Assembly (NCBI GenBank): GCA_030645735.1
Contig: JAUSNP010000006.1
Coordinates: forward strand, 68,095 to 132,094
From: Candidatus Moraniibacteriota bacterium
GTDB lineage: Bacteria; Patescibacteriota; Minisyncoccia; Moranbacterales; UBA2206
Direction: 5' to 3'
Length of the DNA: 64,000 nucleotides
In this document: positions 56,655 through 64,000 of the stretch, piece after piece
Numbering within the stretch: position 1 is the stretch's first letter
How the letters are laid out: each line of letters begins with the position of its first letter
Notes under the pieces: generated by a model
Seen by the model: the letters and a program-made list of their open reading frames with translations, nothing else
What the model was told of the DNA's origin: nothing
Databases searched by the model: none
Made by a program: the position numbers and the translations under genes

Positions 56655-57744
56655 ATGAAAGAAATTCAAGAAAAACTAAATGAACTGCAAAATAAAATCG
56701 CTCTCTTGAGCGACTATCTTTGACTTGCCCACAAAAACGCAGACTATTGCGGACTTGGAACGGACTAGTGCGGAAATGGGGTTTTGGGATGATTCACAAA
56801 AAGCTTCCAAAATCATGCAGGAGTTGGAGGAATTGCGCAAAGAAATTGCAGACTTGAGTCGCATTGAAACTGAAATTGATGAGCTGTTGGAAATGACAAG
56901 TGTGATTGCTGCGGATAGCTCTGAAGCGCAAGAAATTGAGGTGAAAATAGTTGAATTGGAAAAAGACATTGATAAATTGGAATTCAAAATTCTTCTAGGT
57001 GGTGAATATGACCGCAGTGATGTGATTTTAGCTATTCACAGTGGTGCTGGTGGCGTGGACGCTCAGGATTGGGCTGAGATGCTTTTGCGGATGTATTTGC
57101 GCTGGGCGGAAAAGAATGGCTTCAAGGCTAGGATTGTGGATGAATCGCGCGGACAAGAAGCGGGCATCAAAAGTGCCACAGTGGAAATTTCTGGTCCCTA
57201 TGCTTTTGGCTATCTGAAAAGCGAAGCGGGTGTGCATCGTCTAGTGCGCTTGTCACCTTTCAATTCGGACAATTTGCGTCAAACTTCTTTTGCCCTAGTG
57301 GAAATTTTGCCAGTCATTGAAGAAATCAAGGATGTGGTGATTGATCCAAAAGATTTGCGCATTGATGTCTATCGATCGTCTGGGGCAGGTGGACAAAGCG
57401 TCAACACGACCGACAGCGCAGTGCGCATTACGCATATTCCGACGGGAGTGGTGGCGACTTGTCAAAATGAACGCAGTCAAATTCAGAATCGCGAGCAAGC
57501 TATGAAAATCTTGCGGGCTAAATTGCATCAAAAATATTTGTCTGAGAAAGAAGCGGAGAAACAAAAGTTGCGCGGCGAATTTACCTCCGTGGAATGGGGG
57601 AGTCAGATTCGTTCCTATGTCGTGCATCCCTACAAAATGGTCAAAGATCATCGCACCAAACATGAAACGGCTGATGCAGAGGGCGTATTAGATGGAAATC
57701 TGATAGGTTTTATGGAAGCCTATTTGAAAAATATCAAAAAATAG
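56655..57744 (+). CDS. prfB: Peptide chain release factor 2 with programmed +1 frameshift at CTT-TGA-C (56718-56724)
   Basis: ATG 56655 reads 22 codons to CTT then TGA; +1 frame carries SPF and GGQ motifs. Confidence 0.95.
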
Positions 57745-57784
57745 TTTATAATATTAGTGTGATTGAAATTTAAAATTATTAAGT

Positions 57785-58528
57785 ATGGTTGTAACCAAGA
57801 AAAATATAGAAACAAAAGAAAGACCGCAAAAAGCAAGCAAACCAACGATAAAATTCGAAGGTGTTTGTAAGATTTATAAGGGCAATTTTCCAGCTTTGGA
57901 AGATATCAATCTAACCATCTGTGAGGGTGAATTTGTTTCCGTAGTTGGTCACAGTGGATCTGGCAAATCAACGCTTTTGAAATTGATTTATGCCGAAGAA
58001 TTGCCGACTAGCGGTGAGGTCTATTTCAATGAAAATCTTTTGAATCAAATCAGCAAAAGAAATTTGCCATTTCATCGACGAAACATTGGGACAATATTCC
58101 AAGATTTCAAATTGTTGCCCAAGAAAAATGTTTTTGAAAATGTAGCCTACGCTTTGGAAGTGGCTGGCATTTTGGACGAAGAAATCAACGAGAATGTGCC
58201 ACAAATTTTGGACATTGTTGGTCTTGGCGATAAAATGCACAAATATCCGCATCAATTGAGCGGTGGTGAACAACAACGCGTGGTGATTGCCAGAGCCTTA
58301 GTGCATGCCCCAACATTGATTATTGCCGATGAACCGACGGGTAATCTGGATCCTAGATCATCTTTGGAAATTGTGGATTTGTTGATGAAAATCAATGATT
58401 TGGGCACCACAGTTATTTTGGCCAGTCATGACAAAGATATTGTCGACAAGGTGAACCGACGCGTGTTGGTTTTGGATAATGGAAGGGTTGTAGCTGATCA
58501 AATCAAGGGCAAATATAAATCTGTATAA
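57785..58528 (+). CDS. ftsE: Cell division ABC ATPase FtsE
   Basis: GHSGSGKST, FQDFKLL, LSGGEQQRV, ADEPTGNLD; adjacent to ftsX. Confidence 0.92.
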   Translation: MVVTKKNIETKERPQKASKPTIKFEGVCKIYKGNFPALEDINLTICEGEFVSVVGHSGSGKSTLLKLIYAEELPTSGEVYFNENLLNQISKRNLPFHRRNIGTIFQDFKLLPKKNVFENVAYALEVAGILDEEINENVPQILDIVGLGDKMHKYPHQLSGGEQQRVVIARALVHAPTLIIADEPTGNLDPRSSLEIVDLLMKINDLGTTVILASHDKDIVDKVNRRVLVLDNGRVVADQIKGKYKSV

Positions 58529-58553
58529 AATAAAAATATTTTTTTCAAAAATT

Positions 58554-59462
58554 ATGTTTCTAACGATTAGTCGAACTTTCAAAGAGGCGCTTAAAAACTT
58601 TACCCGCAACGGCTGGCTATCTATTGCGACCGTTAGTATCCTCACTATGTCACTTTTTGTGATTAGTGTTTTTTTTGTGGTTACTTTGGCAGTAGACGAT
58701 GTTTTGCAAAATGTGCAAGAAAGAGTCAATATTAGCATATACTTTAAATCAGATGTGTCAGTTGAAAATATAAATGCTGCTAAGGCTGATCTAGAAAAAT
58801 TTAAAGAAATTAAATCAGTTGAATATGTTTCTAAGGAGCAAGCTCTAGAAAGCTTTAAAAATAGCTCAATAGCTAAGCCTATAATAATGCAAGCATTGGA
58901 TGAGATAGGAGGAAATCCATTGTGGCCATCGCTTGCAGTAAAAACCACTGATTCTAGACAGTATGAATTAATTTCTGAATATGTTAAAAAATCTAATTTT
59001 AGTACTGATGTTAGCAGTGTTAATTATGCACAAAATAAGGAAAATATTGATAAATTAAACAAAATCATTATTACTATTCGAAAAATAGGTATTGTACTCG
59101 GCTTGCTTTTCACAATCATTTCTCTACTAGTGACTTTCAACGCTATTCGCATCACCATCTACACTCACAAAAACGAGGTGGAAATTATGCGCCTAGTTGG
59201 TGCTTCCAATTCGTTTATCCGTCTGCCATTTATTTTTGAAGGCGTGATTTATGGTATTTTGAGCTCGGTGGTCTCGATGATATTGTTAGTTATTTCAATC
59301 AAGCTTATTAATATTTATTTACCCTCAGTTACTTTAGTTAGTAATCTGATGAGTATATACTCAGGCAATTTCTGGTCGCTTTTGGGTGGACAAATCCTTT
59401 TGGGATCGCTTTTGGGTATCATTGGTAGTCTTATCGCGATGCGCAAATATTTGAAAGTTTAG
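58554..59462 (+). CDS. ftsX: Cell division permease FtsX
   Basis: RNGWLS, SKEQAL, EVEIMRLVGAS..FIRLPF..EG. Confidence 0.92.
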   Translation: MFLTISRTFKEALKNFTRNGWLSIATVSILTMSLFVISVFFVVTLAVDDVLQNVQERVNISIYFKSDVSVENINAAKADLEKFKEIKSVEYVSKEQALESFKNSSIAKPIIMQALDEIGGNPLWPSLAVKTTDSRQYELISEYVKKSNFSTDVSSVNYAQNKENIDKLNKIIITIRKIGIVLGLLFTIISLLVTFNAIRITIYTHKNEVEIMRLVGASNSFIRLPFIFEGVIYGILSSVVSMILLVISIKLINIYLPSVTLVSNLMSIYSGNFWSLLGGQILLGSLLGIIGSLIAMRKYLKV

Positions 59463-59566
59463 TATAAATAGGCCTTACTCTTGCCTAAATTTGGATTAGA
59501 TAGTAAAATTAACAACAAGGTTCAAAAGCCTTGTTTTTAATTTATTCTTTATTTTTTTTAATCAAT

Positions 59567-61330
59567 ATGCAGAAAAAACTTGAAGTGCTGTTACCATTTC
59601 TAAAATGGAAAAATCTTGTAACTAAAGCAAATTTACAAAATGACATCATTGCCGGTTTCATTGGAGCCGTCATTGTTTTGCCTCAGGGTGTGGCCTTTGC
59701 CACCATTGCAGGACTACCCCCGGAATATGGAATTTATTCAGCTATCGTACCAGCTATTATTGCGGCTTTGTGGGGATCATCAAAACATCTTGTTTCTGGA
59801 CCAACTACAGCAATTTCACTGGTTGTTTTTGCTTCAATTAGTCCTCTGGCAACTGTCGGTACAGCGGAATATGTGAAGCTAGCCCTAACCCTGACCTTTC
59901 TTGTGGGACTAATCCAGCTTATTATGGGCTGGATAAAAATTGGCAAATTGCTTGATTTCATTTCGCATACTGTAGTTGTCGGATTTACAGCTGGCGCAAG
60001 TATCTTGATTATGTCCAGTCAAATTAAGAATTTTTTTGGTATCAGTGTGCCACAAGGCAGTTCTTTCTATGAAACAATCTATATTTTTATTGAAAAATTT
60101 GATAGCATAAACCATTTTATATTAATTGTTGGAGTAACAACTTTGCTATCGGGAATTGTTGTTAAAAAACTTTGGCCGAAATTTCCATACATGATTCCAG
60201 CGATGTTGATTGGAAGCCTGGTTGGTTTTTTTATGAACAAAGAATTTGGTTTTGCTATGACTGGAATAAAAACTGTCGGAGCATTGCCAGCCACATTACC
60301 ACCGCTTTCCATTCCAAGTTTAAATTTCGTCACATTGAAAGAGCTTGCTTCTCCAGCGCTGGCTATCACGATGCTTGCCTTGACTGAAGCAATTGCTATT
60401 TCACGCGCCGTGGCTTTGCGTTCGGGACAAAGGATTGATGGCAATCGAGAAGTTATTGGGCAAGGATTATCTAATTTGGTCGGAAGTTTCTTTTCTGCCT
60501 ATCCAGCCAGTGGGTCTTTTAATCGTAGCGGGCTCAATTATGAATCAGGCGCCAAAACACCCTTGGCTTCAGTTTTTGCCGCCGTTTTTTTGGGAATAAT
60601 TATTCTTTTTGTAGCTTCGCTTGCAAAATTCTTGCCAGTAGCGGTGATGGCTGGAATTTTATTTTTAGTTGCTTGGGGACTTATTGATTTCCGTCATATA
60701 AGATATATCGCTAAGTCTAGCAAGAGCGAAATTGGGCTTTTGATCGTCACTTTTTTCTCGACATTATTTCTGGAATTGGAATTCGCTATCTTCGTAGGCA
60801 TCTTTCTTTCAGTTGCATTGTATTTGCGCAGGACATCCAAACCATTAGTTACATGTTTGACGCCAGACCCAACTCATCCAAATCACAAGTTTGTAGCTTC
60901 TTGCGAATTGCCGAAATGTTTGCAACTGACTGTCATCAAAATTGATGGCGCTATTTTCTTTGGATCAGTAAGTAACATTGAACAAGAGTTAAATAAGATT
61001 CAAAAGAAATATCCAGACCAAAATAATTTATTGGTAGTTTTCAGCGGGGTAAGTTCAATTGATTTAGCTGGAATTGATATGTTGAAAGATCAAACGAAAA
61101 AATATAGAAATAGAAAAGGCGATTTATATATTAGTAATGTGAATCATATTGTATATGACAAGCTGAAAAAATACAGTTTAGTCAAAACAGTCGGGGAGGG
61201 AAACATCTTTAATTCCAAGCCAGAGGCGATTAAGTACATCTTCAATAAATTAGACAAGAGCAAATGTGCAAATTGTGATTGCAAAGTTTTCTATGAATGT
61301 ATTGGTAAAGAAGTAACTAAAGCACATTAA
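59567..61330 (+). CDS. SulP family anion transporter with STAS domain
   Basis: PQGVAFATIAGLP, GPT, GSFNRS, STAS domain, C-terminal CxxC...FxEC. Confidence 0.92.
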   Translation: MQKKLEVLLPFLKWKNLVTKANLQNDIIAGFIGAVIVLPQGVAFATIAGLPPEYGIYSAIVPAIIAALWGSSKHLVSGPTTAISLVVFASISPLATVGTAEYVKLALTLTFLVGLIQLIMGWIKIGKLLDFISHTVVVGFTAGASILIMSSQIKNFFGISVPQGSSFYETIYIFIEKFDSINHFILIVGVTTLLSGIVVKKLWPKFPYMIPAMLIGSLVGFFMNKEFGFAMTGIKTVGALPATLPPLSIPSLNFVTLKELASPALAITMLALTEAIAISRAVALRSGQRIDGNREVIGQGLSNLVGSFFSAYPASGSFNRSGLNYESGAKTPLASVFAAVFLGIIILFVASLAKFLPVAVMAGILFLVAWGLIDFRHIRYIAKSSKSEIGLLIVTFFSTLFLELEFAIFVGIFLSVALYLRRTSKPLVTCLTPDPTHPNHKFVASCELPKCLQLTVIKIDGAIFFGSVSNIEQELNKIQKKYPDQNNLLVVFSGVSSIDLAGIDMLKDQTKKYRNRKGDLYISNVNHIVYDKLKKYSLVKTVGEGNIFNSKPEAIKYIFNKLDKSKCANCDCKVFYECIGKEVTKAH

Positions 61331-61335
61331 AAGCA

Positions 61336-61364
61336 AAAAAGTCATCCATTAGGATGACTTTTTT
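61336..61364. terminator. Bidirectional terminator between sulP and tRNA-Gln
   Basis: AAAAAAGTCATCC-ATTA-GGATGACTTTTTT. Confidence 0.8.
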
Positions 61365-61378
61365 TAAAATAATGCCTG

Positions 61379-61449
61379 TTGGAGGGGAGGGATTCGAACC
61401 CCCGGTGCAAGGACCAGAACCTTGTGCCTTACCGCTTGGCTACTCTCCA
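61379..61449 (-). tRNA. tRNA-Gln(CTG)
   Basis: Reverse strand TGGAGAGTAGCCAAGCGGTAAGGCACAAGG-TT-CTG-GT-CCTTG...GGTTCGAATCC. Confidence 0.93.
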
Positions 61450-61583
61450 ATGCTTATAAACTACCATATAATCCTATATTAAATTGGCTAAAAAATCAAT
61501 ATCTGGCAAGAAACCCAAAACCCTTGCATAATTAAAAATAGTATGTTATAGTTAACATCCAAAAAACTTTTAAGCCTTTTGTT

Positions 61584-62300
61584 ATGGAAACTTCAGAATA
61601 TCCAATGAGAATCAATCGCTACCTCGCCAAGAGGAATTTTTGCAGTCGTCGTGAGGCGGATGGCTTGATTGAGAAAGGATTGGTCACGGTCAACGGCAAG
61701 TTGGCTGTTTTGGGCGCTCGAGTGAACGAAGATGATAAGGTGGAAATCAATACGAAAAACAATGCAGCGGTCAAAAATCGTCAATATTTTGCTTATTATA
61801 AACCAATTGGCATTGTGACACATTCGCCGGAAGAAGGGCAACGCGGGATTGAAGACACCGCCAATTTTTCAGCGGAATTTTTTCCGATTGGCCGACTCGA
61901 CAAAGATTCCCATGGTTTGATTATTATGACCAACGATGGTCGCATCACCGACAAACTGCTCAATCCGAAATATGAACACAGTAAAGAATATTTAGTGCAT
62001 GTTAACAAAAAAATCAACAACTTTTTTGTTCGCCATATGAGCGAAGGAATTGATTTGGAAGATTTCCGCACCAAGCCGGCTATTGTAGAACGATTAGATG
62101 ATTTTGTTTTCCGGATTGTTTTGACTGAAGGCAAGAAGCATCAAATTCGTCGAATGTGTACCGCTTTGGGTTACGAAGTGACTGATTTGAAAAGAATGCG
62201 CGTGATGAATATCAAATTAGGCAGTTTGAAACCCAACCAAAAAAGAGAAATCAAAGATGTTGAACTCAATATATTTTTAACCAGTCTAGAAATTATATAA
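61584..62300 (+). CDS. rRNA pseudouridine synthase (RsuA/RluF family)
   Basis: S4 domain SRREAD, GRLDKDS, EGKKHQIRRM. Confidence 0.92.
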   Translation: METSEYPMRINRYLAKRNFCSRREADGLIEKGLVTVNGKLAVLGARVNEDDKVEINTKNNAAVKNRQYFAYYKPIGIVTHSPEEGQRGIEDTANFSAEFFPIGRLDKDSHGLIIMTNDGRITDKLLNPKYEHSKEYLVHVNKKINNFFVRHMSEGIDLEDFRTKPAIVERLDDFVFRIVLTEGKKHQIRRMCTALGYEVTDLKRMRVMNIKLGSLKPNQKREIKDVELNIFLTSLEII

Positions 62301-62301
62301 T

Positions 62302-63264
62302 ATGTTAACAGATGAAGTAAAAATTAAAGTCTTTGCTGGTCGGGGAGGCGACGGCGTGGTCGCTTTCAACAAAACCAAGATGAGTCTTGGTCCAACCGGT
62401 GGCACAGGTGGCAAAGGTGGAAATGTATATTTCCAAGGCGTTTCGAATTTATCAGCGTTGAATAAATATAAAAATAAACCCAAGCATTATGCAGGCAATG
62501 GCAAGAATGGCCAGACCGACAATTCCGATGGCCGTACTGGCGAAGACATCATTTTGACTGTACCGATTGGTTCGGTCCTGCATAATTTGACCACAGGTGA
62601 AGATATTGATGTAAAAACGGTTGGCGAGCCAATTTTGGTGGCTACTGGCGGTTTTGGTGGCCGGGGAAATTTTTGTTTCCGCTCACCAGTCAACACTTCG
62701 CCGGAAGAGCGTGAAGAGGGCAAACCAGGTCAAGAATTTGAATTTATGCTTGAGCTTCGCTTGATTGCAGATATTGGTCTAGTGGGCTTGCCAAATATTG
62801 GAAAATCGAGCTTGCTGAACGAATTGACTAAGGCAGATGTCAAAGTAGCTAACTATGAATTTACAACGTTAGAGCCGAATTTGGGGGCTCTGGAGGGCAT
62901 TATAATCGCAGATATTCCAGGGTTGATTGAAGGCGCTTCTTTGGGTAAAGGATTGGGTATAAAATTTTTGAAACATATCAAAAGAACCACAGCTTTGGTA
63001 CATTGTATCTCGCTGGAGTCAGAAAATCCGAGACGAGATTATGACATTATCCGCAAAGAATTGGGGGATTTTGATCCTGAACTTTTGCAGAAAAAGGAAA
63101 TCATTTTGCTAACCAAATCAGACTTATTAGAAAAAAAGGAAATTGATGCTAAAATTAAAGAGATTAAAAAAATCAACCCAGTAGTGGAAGTCATTTCAAT
63201 TCATGATTGGGATAGTTTGCAAAACATCCGCAAAGTGTTTTTGGAACTAGCTAAGCCTCTGTAA
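62302..63264 (+). CDS. obgE: GTPase ObgE
   Basis: Gly-rich Obg fold, GLPNIGKS, FTT, DIPG, TKSD. Confidence 0.95.
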   Translation: MLTDEVKIKVFAGRGGDGVVAFNKTKMSLGPTGGTGGKGGNVYFQGVSNLSALNKYKNKPKHYAGNGKNGQTDNSDGRTGEDIILTVPIGSVLHNLTTGEDIDVKTVGEPILVATGGFGGRGNFCFRSPVNTSPEEREEGKPGQEFEFMLELRLIADIGLVGLPNIGKSSLLNELTKADVKVANYEFTTLEPNLGALEGIIIADIPGLIEGASLGKGLGIKFLKHIKRTTALVHCISLESENPRRDYDIIRKELGDFDPELLQKKEIILLTKSDLLEKKEIDAKIKEIKKINPVVEVISIHDWDSLQNIRKVFLELAKPL

Positions 63265-63291
63265 CAAAATAATTAAACTAAAACAAAAAAA

Positions 63292-63513
63292 ATGGAAGAT
63301 AAAATTTTCTACATTCTTATCGCCATCGCAGCCTGGTCAATTCCGTGGAAGGGCTTTGCTCTTTGGAAATCAGCGCGTCGTGGAGATTCAACCTGGTTTA
63401 TCGCGTTATTACTCATCAATACTGTGGGCATCCTAGAAATCGCATATTTATTTTTATTTTCAAATACGCGCAAAGTTATAATGGATCAATCTGAACGGGG
63501 AATTCAGAATTAA
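63292..63513 (+). CDS. Small membrane protein (DUF5652-like)
   Basis: WKGFALWKSARR..WF..L.INT.GIL. Confidence 0.75.
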   Translation: MEDKIFYILIAIAAWSIPWKGFALWKSARRGDSTWFIALLLINTVGILEIAYLFLFSNTRKVIMDQSERGIQN

Positions 63514-63523
63514 GACTAAACAT

Positions 63524-64000
63524 ATGTATTGGTTATATCTCATCATCTTCACAGTCGCGGTTATGGTTCCTGATATTTTCAAGCAGGACAATTTTGTGTT
63601 GCCACACGAACAAATGGAAGAATTGACTATATTTGTTTTGGGAATGATGGGATTTTTGTTTTTTATAATGAAAGAACGTCAATTGGCAGTTCAACGCAAA
63701 GAAAAAGAGCGCGAACAAAGAAGGCTGCAACAAACAGCCAAGGATTTGGTGGAATCATATAGTTATATCGGCGAGGTGAATCGCAAAATGGATTTGTTGA
63801 TGCAAATCGGATTGGGCTTGTCAGAACGCTCAACCATGAACAAGACGCAAGAAAAAGAAATATATCAGTCAATCATTGATTCAACTAATTTTTTGCTGAA
63901 AGCAGAATGTTCCACTTTGCGCTTTGTGAACGTGAAAACTGGCCGAATCGTGAAGGATATTGTTTTTGATGAAAAATGTCGCCCATTGGAAGAGGGAATT
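63524..64000 (+). CDS. Membrane protein with coiled coil and GAF-like region, truncated by the window end
   Basis: Open frame from ATG 63524 (MYWLYLIIF...LVESYSYIGEVNRK) to the window end; absent from the ORF track. Confidence 0.75.
   Translation, partial: MYWLYLIIFTVAVMVPDIFKQDNFVLPHEQMEELTIFVLGMMGFLFFIMKERQLAVQRKEKEREQRRLQQTAKDLVESYSYIGEVNRKMDLLMQIGLGLSERSTMNKTQEKEIYQSIIDSTNFLLKAECSTLRFVNVKTGRIVKDIVFDEKCRPLEEGI

Noticed and set aside
56718-56724. TGA recoding (code 25 or selenocysteine) or pseudogene
   Set aside because: Explained by the standard prfB +1 frameshift; TGA is used as a normal stop elsewhere.
1-64000. Numerous short opposite-strand or alternate-frame ORFs in the ORF track
   Set aside because: They overlap well-supported genes and show no recognisable motifs; treated as shadow ORFs.

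Overview
Chromosomal segment of a reduced-genome, low-GC bacterium, most consistent with Patescibacteria/CPR (Parcubacteria, possibly Moranbacteria). This is inferred from a divergent, short-loop 16S rRNA gene with an insertion and no linked 23S, the gene content, and standard code 11 with prfB present. Nearly all genes lie on the + strand. The core genes are serS, HU, PBP1A, khpA-trmD-ftsW-murG-murC, murB, hpf, secA, secD/F, a four-subunit pyruvate:ferredoxin oxidoreductase, frameshifted prfB, ftsEX, obgE and two tRNAs. Five features stand out. (1) A 30-bp site with 11-8-11 arm-spacer-arm architecture occurs four times in direct orientation; three copies punctuate single genes (including a TrpR/YerC-like gene) and one lies in a gene block bounded by a duplicated 35-bp terminator. 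This suggests a gene-cassette recombination system or a TrpR-like operator regulon. (2) Self-contained promoter/boxA-like/strong-SD/terminator modules carry apparently foreign genes: a degenerate DsrC and a high-GC stand-alone PurH N-terminal domain, both resembling Desulfobacterota genes, which may point to the host. (3) A 160-190 nt hairpin element is present in two copies with clear compensatory changes. (4) Heptamer-periodic hairpins occur in several places, including inside 16S helix 40. (5) An ECF sigma locus has two matching candidate promoters. All calls are from reading the sequence by eye; no searches were run.
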